64,000 nt of DNA. Source: Patescibacteria group bacterium (lineage in GTDB: Bacteria; Patescibacteriota; Patescibacteriia; 2-02-FULL-49-11). The notes under the pieces were generated by a model. That model worked only from the letters and a program-made list of their open reading frames with translations, had not been told where the DNA came from and did not search any database. The stretch lies in the NCBI GenBank assembly GCA_041645165.1, contig JBAZQN010000007.1, positions 8,318 through 72,317 on the forward strand, written 5' to 3'. This document shows, piece by piece, positions 8,818-16,302 of the stretch (positions are counted from its first letter, which is position 1; each line of letters begins with the position of its first letter). Made by a program: the position numbers and the translations under genes.

Positions 8818-9477
8818 CTACTCCCTCACTCTCGGCACGAGCACGTTCCTCCGCCAGAGCTTGATGCCGCCCCAGCCGAACGCAAACCCGCCGATGTGGG
8901 CAAAAAATGCCACGCCGCCGCCCACGATGCCGAGGCTGCCGATGCCGGAGATAAATTGGAAAAAAATCCAGTACAGGAGCATCATGCGCGCGGGCACGGT
9001 TTCCCGCGACAGCATGAATCCCCATGTCCAGAGCACGTCAATCCGCTCATGGGGAAATAACACAAGATAGCCTCCCATCACGCCCGCGATCGCGCCCGAG
9101 GCGCCGAGCATTGGAATCGTGGAAGCAGGGCCCATGACGATTTGGAGCGCGCTCCCCGCAACACCTGCGGCCAAATAAAATATCAGGTACTTTACATGCC
9201 CCAACCGGTCTTCGAGGTTGTCCCCGAAAATGTTTAAAAACAGCATATTGCCGATGATGTGAGCAAATCCTCCGTGGAGAAACAGGGATGTGAAAAGGCT
9301 CACTAAATTCACGCCGCGGATAATGTCATAAGGCGTCACCGCATACCTTCCCACAAACGCCTCAAGCCCGCTGCCCAATGAGAGCATATACGCAAACACG
9401 GCCACATTCGCGCCGATGATGCCGTAAGTCACGTAAGGGAATTTGCCCGAAGGGGTATGATCGCGGATAGGAATCAT
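8818..9477 (-). CDS. rhomboid-family intramembrane serine protease
   Basis: Six TM segments, GASGAIAGVMG (GxSG catalytic Ser) and a C-terminal AHIGGFAFG catalytic His context. Confidence 0.8.
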   Translation of the reverse strand: MIPIRDHTPSGKFPYVTYGIIGANVAVFAYMLSLGSGLEAFVGRYAVTPYDIIRGVNLVSLFTSLFLHGGFAHIIGNMLFLNIFGDNLEDRLGHVKYLIFYLAAGVAGSALQIVMGPASTIPMLGASGAIAGVMGGYLVLFPHERIDVLWTWGFMLSRETVPARMMLLYWIFFQFISGIGSLGIVGGGVAFFAHIGGFAFGWGGIKLWRRNVLVPRVRE

Positions 9478-9493
9478 ACATCAGCAATAAATC

Positions 9494-9925
9494 CTAAACA
9501 GGATTTAGAATTTTTTCACTCACCTTTCTCCAACGAGCGCAATATTCATTTACCGGAATATAGGTGATGCCCAGCTTCGGGTACACATCTTCCGCATCCT
9601 GCACACGGTCGTCAATGGCGAAAGAGATACCTTCAGGCAATTTCGCTTTGTATCCCCCTACCACAAGTTCGCCTTCCGGAAACCCGTGCTTTTGAAGCCA
9701 CTCCTGATACACGCCGCGCTGGTCTTCACCGCGGTGTCCGAGATAGACGAGGCTGAACCGCTCATGCATGACCTTGCAGAATTCAACCGCGCCCTCAACC
9801 GGCAAAGATTCTATTAAACGCCGCAGGTAGCCTGAATCGTGTTTGGTGACCTTAAGATAAAGAATGGCCCGATCGTCCAGAATCGTGCCTTCGAGATAAA
9901 TAAGAAGTTTTGGTTTAATTATCAT
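9494..9925 (-). CDS. HAD-like hydrolase-fold protein with a degenerate motif I
   Basis: LLIYLEGTILDD resembles the DxDGT motif I with E in place of the first Asp. C-terminal AIDDRVQDAE resembles motif IV. Confidence 0.35.
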   Translation of the reverse strand: MIIKPKLLIYLEGTILDDRAILYLKVTKHDSGYLRRLIESLPVEGAVEFCKVMHERFSLVYLGHRGEDQRGVYQEWLQKHGFPEGELVVGGYKAKLPEGISFAIDDRVQDAEDVYPKLGITYIPVNEYCARWRKVSEKILNPV

Positions 9926-10110
9926 AATTATGACATGAAGATTCTAGATTATTACCAATCTGTCTTTGCTCTCCCCCTTAAGATAAGGGGGACTTAAAAG
10001 GGAGTTATGAAAACTTGCTAAAATTTCTATTACCTCTATCCTACCACATTCCCCGCCACTTAAGCAAAAACACCCTTTGAGGATTTTCGCGATCAATCAA
10101 CCGCATTGTC

Positions 10111-10130
10111 ATTCCCGCGAAGGCGGGAAT
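10111..10130. repeat. attcccgcgaaggcgggaat hairpin, a member of the TCCCGC-N3/4-GCGGGA hairpin family
   Basis: Perfect 8-bp stem with a 4-nt loop. Related hairpins occur at 5720-5762 and 22621-22665. Confidence 0.6.
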
Positions 10131-10290
10131 CCAGAAATCACCATACTCACGTAATCACTCAACCTACAAGCTTCCTCACCCTCACCTTTGTACTACCATC
10201 ACTAGGTCTCAAATCTTTCATCTACCTCTCTGTCCTATTCAAAATGACCAAATATCAATTATCAATAATAAAACTTATGCTGGATACAAG

Positions 10291-10324
10291 GACAATTAAT
10301 CTCACGATCGTGAAAATAATTGTT
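10291..10324. repeat. 34-bp palindrome family, copy A (GACAATTAATCTCACGATCGTGAAAATAATTGT)
   Basis: Perfect CACGATCGTG core flanked by inverted AT-rich arms. See copies at 13947, 14266, 14368, 14632 and 15342. Confidence 0.85.
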
Positions 10325-10770
10325 CTCTCTTCTCTAAAATAACTGCTTATTGAGTACTACTCTTGCGCAACCCTCTGCACTCAACTCCTTCAGTGAGGTT
10401 GCCTGCAAAAAAGTGTCTCGGAGGATTTGCGGGCACGGTCTCCGACCTCACGTCGGAGGAGCAAATCCGAGAGTCAAGTGGCCAACTCCTCGCAGGGGAA
10501 TTGGACCGCGTCTTTTTCTGCAGGCAATCCGAACGCTAGCCCCCATTGCTCCATTGCCAATTATGAATCGGGACGCACTCCAAAATCCTCCCCCTATGGC
10601 TTCGCCATATCTTGATGATAAAAAGAGGGAGGTTAGGTGAGGGTGTCTGTCGCAAATAAGTATATGCCACTTTTCCCATTGCCCACACCATAATTTTCTG
10701 TTAAGGTAACTTAATCCAAAAACTTAATAAACAGTGAACTTTTAAAATTTATCCAAAGAAAGGACGGTGT

Positions 10771-11046
10771 GTGATGACAAGGGTATATGTCGTTAAAAGC
10801 GACCACTCATTGGCTCAACTTGTCTTCCCTCCAAGACAAGGGAGAAATAATACCCTGCGGAAACGTGTCAGTGGTATAGTCAAGACCGCAGAGTTCCGCG
10901 GGATATTTTCAGGAGGGGAATATGGAGTTTTTCGTCAAAATGATGGGCAGTACATCGGACGGGCTCAACATGACTACGTAAAATTAATCGAATTCTGTAC
11001 CAAACACAATGGAGGTAAGGCACCGAAAAGTATTTATGTAGTGTAG
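10771..11046 (+). CDS. hypothetical small protein
   Basis: 91-aa ORF with an RBS-like aaagaaaggacgg upstream. It sits immediately upstream of purB. No family recognised. Confidence 0.3.
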   Translation: MMTRVYVVKSDHSLAQLVFPPRQGRNNTLRKRVSGIVKTAEFRGIFSGGEYGVFRQNDGQYIGRAQHDYVKLIEFCTKHNGGKAPKSIYVV

Positions 11047-11084
11047 TAAAACAAATAACCTTTTTAAAAGAAAGGAGGGATCAA

Positions 11085-12380
11085 ATGATCCCACGTTATA
11101 CGCGGCCAGAAATGGGGGCGATCTGGGACGACATATATAGATTCCGCACATGGCTCAAAGTGGAGCTTGCGGCCTGTGAAGCATGGGCCGAACTTGGCCA
11201 CATACCCGAAGATGACTTGGAGGAAATCAGGACCAAGGCTCGGTTTGATGTGGAGCGGATTGCGAAAATCGAGAATGAAGTCAAACACGACGTCATCGCT
11301 TTCTTGACTAATGTGGCGGAGTATGTCGGCCCTTCGTCCCGATTCATCCATCTTGGTATGACCTCTTCCGATCTGCTGGATACCGCTCTGGCTTTGCAGA
11401 TGAAAGAGGCTGGAGAAATAATTGAGCAAGACATTCTCACTCTACGGAAGGTGTTGCGTGCGCAAGCGATTGCGCATAAAAACACAATCTGCATCGGGCG
11501 CTCTCACGGCATTCATGCAGAACCTACTTCTTTCGGCCTCAAGTTCGTTCTATGGCATGATGAGATGGATCGTAACCTTGATAGGTTACAACGTGCCATC
11601 GAAACCATATCCGTTGGGATGATGTCGGGAGCGGTCGGCACGTATGCTTTTTTGGATCCCCGGGTGGAGGAAATAGTCTGCCAGAAGCTTGGACTGAAGC
11701 CTGCCCGTATTTCCACCCAAATTATTCAACGTGACGTGCACGCCGAGTTCATGACGACGTTAGCCTTACTCGGCTGCAGCGTAGAAAAGATCGCGGTTGA
11801 GATACGCCACCTGCAAAGAACAGAAGTTTTGGAAGCCGAAGAGCCTTTTGCGAAGGGTCAGAAAGGGTCTTCGGCCATGCCGCATAAGCGCAATCCCATT
11901 GGCTGCGAAAATATTTCCGGTTTAGCCAGATTGCTGAGAACCAATGCTTTGGCAGCCATGGAAAACGTCGCGCTCTGGCACGAACGGGACATCAGCCATT
12001 CTTCGGTGGAGCGAGTCATTCTGCCAGATAGTTGTATTCTGGCAGATTACATGCTGGCACGGATGACCAAGATTCTCGAGAATCTGGTCGTCTACCCGGA
12101 TAATATGCTGGCAAACTTAAGATTGACGCGAGGCTTGATTTTTTCACAACCTGTTCTCTTGGCTTTGACACAAGCAGGAATGAGTCGTGAGGAGGCGTAT
12201 CAAATCGTGCAGACACACACAATGGCCTGCTGGCAAGAACGGAGCGATTTCAAGGCGGTCATTTTGGCCGATCGACGCATTACAAAATTGCTAAAGCACG
12301 ATACAATTGAAGCCTGCTTTGATGAGACCATTGGTCTCAAGCATGTCGATTACATCTATAAAAAGGTCGGCCTTTTATAG
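11085..12380 (+). CDS. purB: adenylosuccinate lyase
   Basis: 431 aa. The N-terminus MIPRYTRPEMGAIW and a length near 430 aa are typical of PurB. Strong RBS aaaggaggga. Confidence 0.9.
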   Translation: MIPRYTRPEMGAIWDDIYRFRTWLKVELAACEAWAELGHIPEDDLEEIRTKARFDVERIAKIENEVKHDVIAFLTNVAEYVGPSSRFIHLGMTSSDLLDTALALQMKEAGEIIEQDILTLRKVLRAQAIAHKNTICIGRSHGIHAEPTSFGLKFVLWHDEMDRNLDRLQRAIETISVGMMSGAVGTYAFLDPRVEEIVCQKLGLKPARISTQIIQRDVHAEFMTTLALLGCSVEKIAVEIRHLQRTEVLEAEEPFAKGQKGSSAMPHKRNPIGCENISGLARLLRTNALAAMENVALWHERDISHSSVERVILPDSCILADYMLARMTKILENLVVYPDNMLANLRLTRGLIFSQPVLLALTQAGMSREEAYQIVQTHTMACWQERSDFKAVILADRRITKLLKHDTIEACFDETIGLKHVDYIYKKVGLL

Positions 12381-12471
12381 GCGCGACTGCATTTAGGGAG
12401 GTGATAAGAAAAATAAAAACTCAAAACCCGGGGGATTTTCAAGTCATGACAAGTAACTGGGAGATAGTAAA

Positions 12472-13785
12472 ATGAACCCATTCGAAAAAGATACAATGAT
12501 AATCGAGGGTAAGACTAAGAAGGTTTATTACGTCAAAGGCAACGAACACCTTGCCATTTTTGAAAATAAACCAGACGTCACAGCCTTCGATGATCCCAAA
12601 TTCACTAAACAATTCGAAGCAAAGGCCACATACGCCACGACCACAACCTGCCGCGTATTCGAGCTATTGAAAGATGCTGGCATCCCTGTAGCATACAAGC
12701 AACGACTATCTGCTTCTGAGTTTCTTGCCTTACGTTGTAATATGATCCCATTAGAAGTGGTTGGCCGTCGACTTGCAGTGGGTAGTTATCTTAAGAGACA
12801 TCCAGAGCTGGCACTTGATGGCGCCTTACCACCTCATCGTTTCCACCGTCTTGTTGCAGAATTCTTTTTAAAAACTACTGGCGGCAAGTTAATTGGACGA
12901 GATGGCGAAATTCTTATTGAAGGATTGGATCCGTCAAAAGGGGAAGAGGATCCGTTTATACCCAATCCGTTCGAACCGGTATGGCAACTCTTCCACTCCA
13001 AAAAGCCAACTTGGGACAATTCTGCCAACCTTGAGCGTACCCTAAGATGCGATTCCGTTGCAGGGACGAGCATGATGCAAGAGATGGAAAAAATTCTCCG
13101 CCGGGTTTTTTTCGTCCTTGAAGGAGCATGGAATACACTTGGTTATCGTTTAGTTGATCTGAAAATTGAATTCGGTATCACAACTGACGGAAATTGCCTC
13201 GTTGTTGCCGATGTAATTGACAACGATAGCTGGCGTCTTCGCGATGCAACCTGGCAAGAGTTAAGCAAACAGCTCTTTAGGGAAGGAGCAGCCTTGGACG
13301 AAGTTGAAGAAAAGTATGGCTTTGTAGCGAGCCTGGTTGAACGATTTCGAATTCCTAAACAAGTCATGGTTTTATGGCGTGCCTCAACGAAAGATGATTT
13401 CCCAATAACTGGAATCCTACCAGGAGTCGAAGTTCAACAGATAACTTTGTCTGGACACAAATACCCGCAAGTATGCTTAGACAAGTTAGAGGAAATAATG
13501 CGTAATTACCCAGACGGTGGAGCTATCGTAGTAAAAGTGGGAATGAGTAATGGACTGGGACCAATGTTGGCCGCACGTACAACCTGGCCAGTTATTACCA
13601 TTCCCGCATCCACAAAGGATGCCCCAAGCGATGTGTGGAGCTCTTTGCATCTGCCATCACTTGTTCCGATGGCAACCATCCTATCTGATAAAAATGCGTT
13701 TGATTTTGCTCTTAATGTACTGTCTGCTAAAAATCCTGCGGTGTATATGCATCGTCAATTCGCAAATGAACAACTCGATAAATAG
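12472..13785 (+). CDS. purC: SAICAR synthetase (PurC) fused to a PurE-like AIR carboxylase/mutase domain
   Basis: The N-terminal ~300 aa are PurC-like (KKVYYVKGNEHLAIFENKPDVTAFD..., a long SAICAR-synthetase fold). The C-terminal ~140 aa (VMVLWRASTKDDFPITG...GGAIVVKVGMSNGLGPMLAARTTWPVITIPAS) resemble the PurE Rossmann core (GS-D, AG-AAHLPG-A-T--PVIGVP). Confidence 0.55.
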   Translation: MNPFEKDTMIIEGKTKKVYYVKGNEHLAIFENKPDVTAFDDPKFTKQFEAKATYATTTTCRVFELLKDAGIPVAYKQRLSASEFLALRCNMIPLEVVGRRLAVGSYLKRHPELALDGALPPHRFHRLVAEFFLKTTGGKLIGRDGEILIEGLDPSKGEEDPFIPNPFEPVWQLFHSKKPTWDNSANLERTLRCDSVAGTSMMQEMEKILRRVFFVLEGAWNTLGYRLVDLKIEFGITTDGNCLVVADVIDNDSWRLRDATWQELSKQLFREGAALDEVEEKYGFVASLVERFRIPKQVMVLWRASTKDDFPITGILPGVEVQQITLSGHKYPQVCLDKLEEIMRNYPDGGAIVVKVGMSNGLGPMLAARTTWPVITIPASTKDAPSDVWSSLHLPSLVPMATILSDKNAFDFALNVLSAKNPAVYMHRQFANEQLDK

Positions 13786-13793
13786 AAGAAAAA

Positions 13794-13836
13794 AGGCGGA
13801 CACGGAGTGAGGAACCTTGTCCGCTTTGCCATTTTT
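13794..13836 (+). terminator. putative intrinsic terminator after purC-purE
   Basis: gcggacacgg...ccttgtccgc hairpin followed by TTTGCCATTTTT. Confidence 0.4.
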
Positions 13837-13946
13837 AAGCCCCCATTTCACCCTCTCCAATATCTTCTTTCTTCCCCTCTACCGCTTTCGTCCGCTTTCG
13901 TCCGTCTCAACCAGCACTAAAATCTAAACCAACACTAAAAACGAAA

Positions 13947-13980
13947 GACAATTAATCTCACGATCGTGAGGATAATGTCC
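13947..13980. repeat. 34-bp palindrome family, copy B
   Basis: gacaattaatctcacgatcgtgaggataatgtcc. Confidence 0.85.
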
Positions 13981-14045
13981 CTTCCTGTACATTACCTCTC
14001 TCGACAATATCACATTTCCATAAAATTTTCTGTCCATATTCATAT

Positions 14046-14215
14046 GAAGCTCCGCGGGCTTACACCCGCGGTGTCTTCCTCAACAGGAGATCCGGCGGAA
14101 TCCGCTTTAAGCTGCCTGCCGCCTTCGTCCCGACATGTTGGGACTTCGGCGGGTCCGCAATCCCGCATTCATCCGCGTATCTTACGCCCGCGGTTTTTTG
14201 CGGAGGCGGATAAAG
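14046..14215. repeat. ~170-nt hairpin-rich element, copy 1 of a two-copy family (candidate ncRNA or MITE)
   Basis: gaagctccgcgggcttacacccgcggtg ... cccgcattcatccgcgtatcttacgcccgcgg ttttttgcggaggcggataaa. It is homologous to 50570-50722, and the stems differ by paired, stem-preserving substitutions. Confidence 0.6.
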
Positions 14216-14265
14216 TGAAAACATCAATGATTATAAGTATTCAGAAATGAATTTCAATGAATGCC

Positions 14266-14304
14266 GACGACAATTAAAAATACGATCGTGACAATAATGT
14301 CCCC
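14266..14304. repeat. 34-bp palindrome family, copy C
   Basis: gacgacaattaaaaatacgatcgtgacaataatgtcccc. Confidence 0.8.
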
Positions 14305-14367
14305 TTGTCTTTCCCCACTTCCCGAATATGCCATCTTCCTACTTCTATTATTGCCTTTTTCAAGAGA

Positions 14368-14546
14368 GCAATTAATTCTACGATTCAGCCGACTGAAGCC
14401 ACAAGGCCACTATGGCGAAATTGGCTCACCCGCCTGCCAACGCCTGTCAGCAATGAACGGTGACATTCATCACGTTGTTATTATCCCTGACCAACATAAC
14501 GTTCCCCGGGAAAGGCAGATGGCGGGCAGGTGACAATAATGTCCCT
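14368..14546. repeat. 34-bp palindrome, copy D, split at its centre by two nested insertions
   Basis: Left half gcaattaattctacga and right half gtgacaataatgtccc are separated by a ~44-bp insert (ttcagccgac...ctatggcgaaattggctc, 14384-14427). A ~100-bp MITE-like element (cccgcctgcc...ggcgggcagg, 14429-14530) follows. Confidence 0.7.
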
Positions 14547-14631
14547 CCTATTTCCCCTTCATCGCCAGTTCTTTCCATTTCTCGTATCTCACCTCTTCCC
14601 TCCACGCCCAATATTCTATACTATAAAGAGC

Positions 14632-14666
14632 GCAATTATTTTCACGATCGTGAAAATAATGTCCCT
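14632..14666. repeat. 34-bp palindrome family, copy E
   Basis: gcaattattttcacgatcgtgaaaataatgtccc, immediately 3' of the PaaX-like gene. Confidence 0.85.
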
Positions 14667-14698
14667 TCACCTTTTTCTATTTTCCTTGCGTCGCATTA

Positions 14699-15250
14699 TT
14701 ACAGCCCAAACATCTTTTCCGCCTGCGCCATACCGTCAAAGTAGTCTGCCCGAATGTAACGGACATACTTCCCCACCTTGTAGTACGCCGTGGTCGCATT
14801 AATCTCGTCCTGACATTCATACGGATAAGCCCACACGCTTAAATTCACGTAACGGAATCCGAGATCACGGAGTTTTTTCCGGAATGCATCGCGCGCGCGG
14901 CGAAAATCTTCAGGAATATCAAACACGACTATACGCCATTTCCCGTCCCAGTGGGGAGGTTTCATTATGGTAATCGAATCGATCGCTCTTCCTTTCAATA
15001 CCTCCTTCCCCCTCTGGGTGAGCCGATACTCCCATGCGGTACGTTTACTGCTCACCCGCTCCACATACCCTTGTCGCTCGAATCTCCGCAGCGTGCGGCG
15101 CAGCGGTTTGCGCGGAATCGAATAGCGATTCGCACCCATGCCGAAGAGCTGCACTGCATTGGGCGCCATAACAGCCACGGTGAGCATTCCAATGCCCTCA
15201 AGAATTTTCCAAATGGTATCAGCGTACGCTTTTCCTTTCTTGGGTCTCAT
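14699..15250 (-). CDS. PaaX-like transcriptional regulator (wHTH N-terminal domain plus PaaX_C-like C-terminal domain)
   Basis: WDGKWRIVVFDIPE matches the PaaX hallmark WDGKWLLLL-E. The C-terminal RRARDAFRKKLRDLGFRYVNLSVWAY also has a Cas2-like character. Confidence 0.45.
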   Translation of the reverse strand: MRPKKGKAYADTIWKILEGIGMLTVAVMAPNAVQLFGMGANRYSIPRKPLRRTLRRFERQGYVERVSSKRTAWEYRLTQRGKEVLKGRAIDSITIMKPPHWDGKWRIVVFDIPEDFRRARDAFRKKLRDLGFRYVNLSVWAYPYECQDEINATTAYYKVGKYVRYIRADYFDGMAQAEKMFGL

Positions 15251-15341
15251 AAAAGTTGTAAATAAGTTACATTTTCATTCCCTAAAAAGAAGCGGCAAGA
15301 ATAAGAGCGATATGGTAATATTACTACGATATTATTTAAAA

Positions 15342-15415
15342 GACAATTAATGTCACGAGCCAACTTCGCCATAGTAGCCGATGGCTACGTCGGCTGAATC
15401 GTGAAAATAATTGTC
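15342..15415. repeat. 34-bp palindrome, copy F, with a ~41-bp central insertion
   Basis: agacaattaatgtcacga | gccaacttcgccatagtagccgatggctacgtcggctgaat | cgtgaaaataattgtc. The insert is the reverse complement of the one in copy D (14384-14427). It lies in the divergent PaaX-like / ECF sigma promoter region. Confidence 0.75.
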
Positions 15416-15512
15416 TTCTTGCCAGTCTCTCTTTTATGGTATTTATGGTATAGTGAAATCCCAGATTGTAATGATTCTAGCCTTTTTTCGACTACTGATA
15501 ACGTAAAAAAAC

Positions 15513-16058
15513 ATGCCTCCCGAACCAATACCAACTCGCGACAAGGAACTTGAGGAGCGTTTTTTGGCTGCGTATGACGCCCAGGTGAAATCCATTTTCC
15601 GCTACATCTACTACCGCACTGGCCAGGAAAAAGAGGAAACGCAAGAGCTCACGCAGGAAGTATTCATGCGCACATGGGCGTACCTGCAAGAAAATAAGCG
15701 CCCCATCGACGACATCCGCGCTTTCCTCTTTCAAGTGGCCCGCCATGTCATCGCGGACCGGTGGCGCAAACACAAACCTGCGCTTTCCCTCGAAGAGTTA
15801 TCTCCTCAAGAAGAGCCTGCCACCCCGCCGCTCCCGCACGCATCCCTCGACCTTCTCATCCTTGAACAGCACCTTTTGAAGCTCCCCGTACGCCACAGGG
15901 AAATATTAACGCTGCGCTTTATCAGCGACCTCTCGACTGAAGAAACAGGGCGCGTTCTCGGCATTAGCGCGAATAATGTGGCAGTACTCACCAATAGGGC
16001 GATTAAAAAATTAAGAAAATTACTTCCCACTACCATGCATGATGTATTGGATGCATAA
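15513..16058 (+). CDS. RNA polymerase sigma-70 factor, ECF subfamily
   Basis: 181 aa. Region 2 (QELTQEVFMRTWAY) and a region-4 HTH (LTLRFISDLSTEETGRVLGISANNVAVLTNRAIKKLR). Confidence 0.8.
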   Translation: MPPEPIPTRDKELEERFLAAYDAQVKSIFRYIYYRTGQEKEETQELTQEVFMRTWAYLQENKRPIDDIRAFLFQVARHVIADRWRKHKPALSLEELSPQEEPATPPLPHASLDLLILEQHLLKLPVRHREILTLRFISDLSTEETGRVLGISANNVAVLTNRAIKKLRKLLPTTMHDVLDA

Positions 16059-16107
16059 TTTACCGCATTAAATTATAACAAATTTTCAATTTTCAAATAC
16101 CAATTTT

Positions 16108-16207
16108 CCCGCCTGCCAACGCCTGTCAAGGGGGACGGTAACATTCTTAAGGTAAAAATTCTCCCTCATATACGGCACGTTCCCGGGGGAAGGCTGTGGC
16201 GGGCAGG
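16108..16207. repeat. ~100-bp MITE-like element, copy 2 (cccgcctgccaacgcctgtca...ggc-gtggcgggcagg)
   Basis: It shares both ends and ~70% of its interior with 14429-14530. A truncated third copy is at 37928-37975. Confidence 0.65.
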
Positions 16208-16302
16208 CAATTAATTTTCAATATCACAATGTTTGAACATTAGGTCATTGGGATTTATTTGAAAATTGAGAATTGAAAATTGAGAATTGAAAATTACACA
16301 TT

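Noticed and set aside
10106-10640. ORFs 10106..10342, 10350..10640 and 10427..10615
   Set aside because: They overlap the hairpin, palindrome copy A and the nested-hairpin region. There is no RBS and the products are low-complexity. The region is more plausibly regulatory or ncRNA.
13966-14802. Small ORFs 13966..14250, 14261..14533, 14460..14744 and 14530..14802
   Set aside because: They are built across palindromic repeats and nested insertions. Their products are low-complexity with no RBS context, so the region is treated as noncoding repeat DNA.
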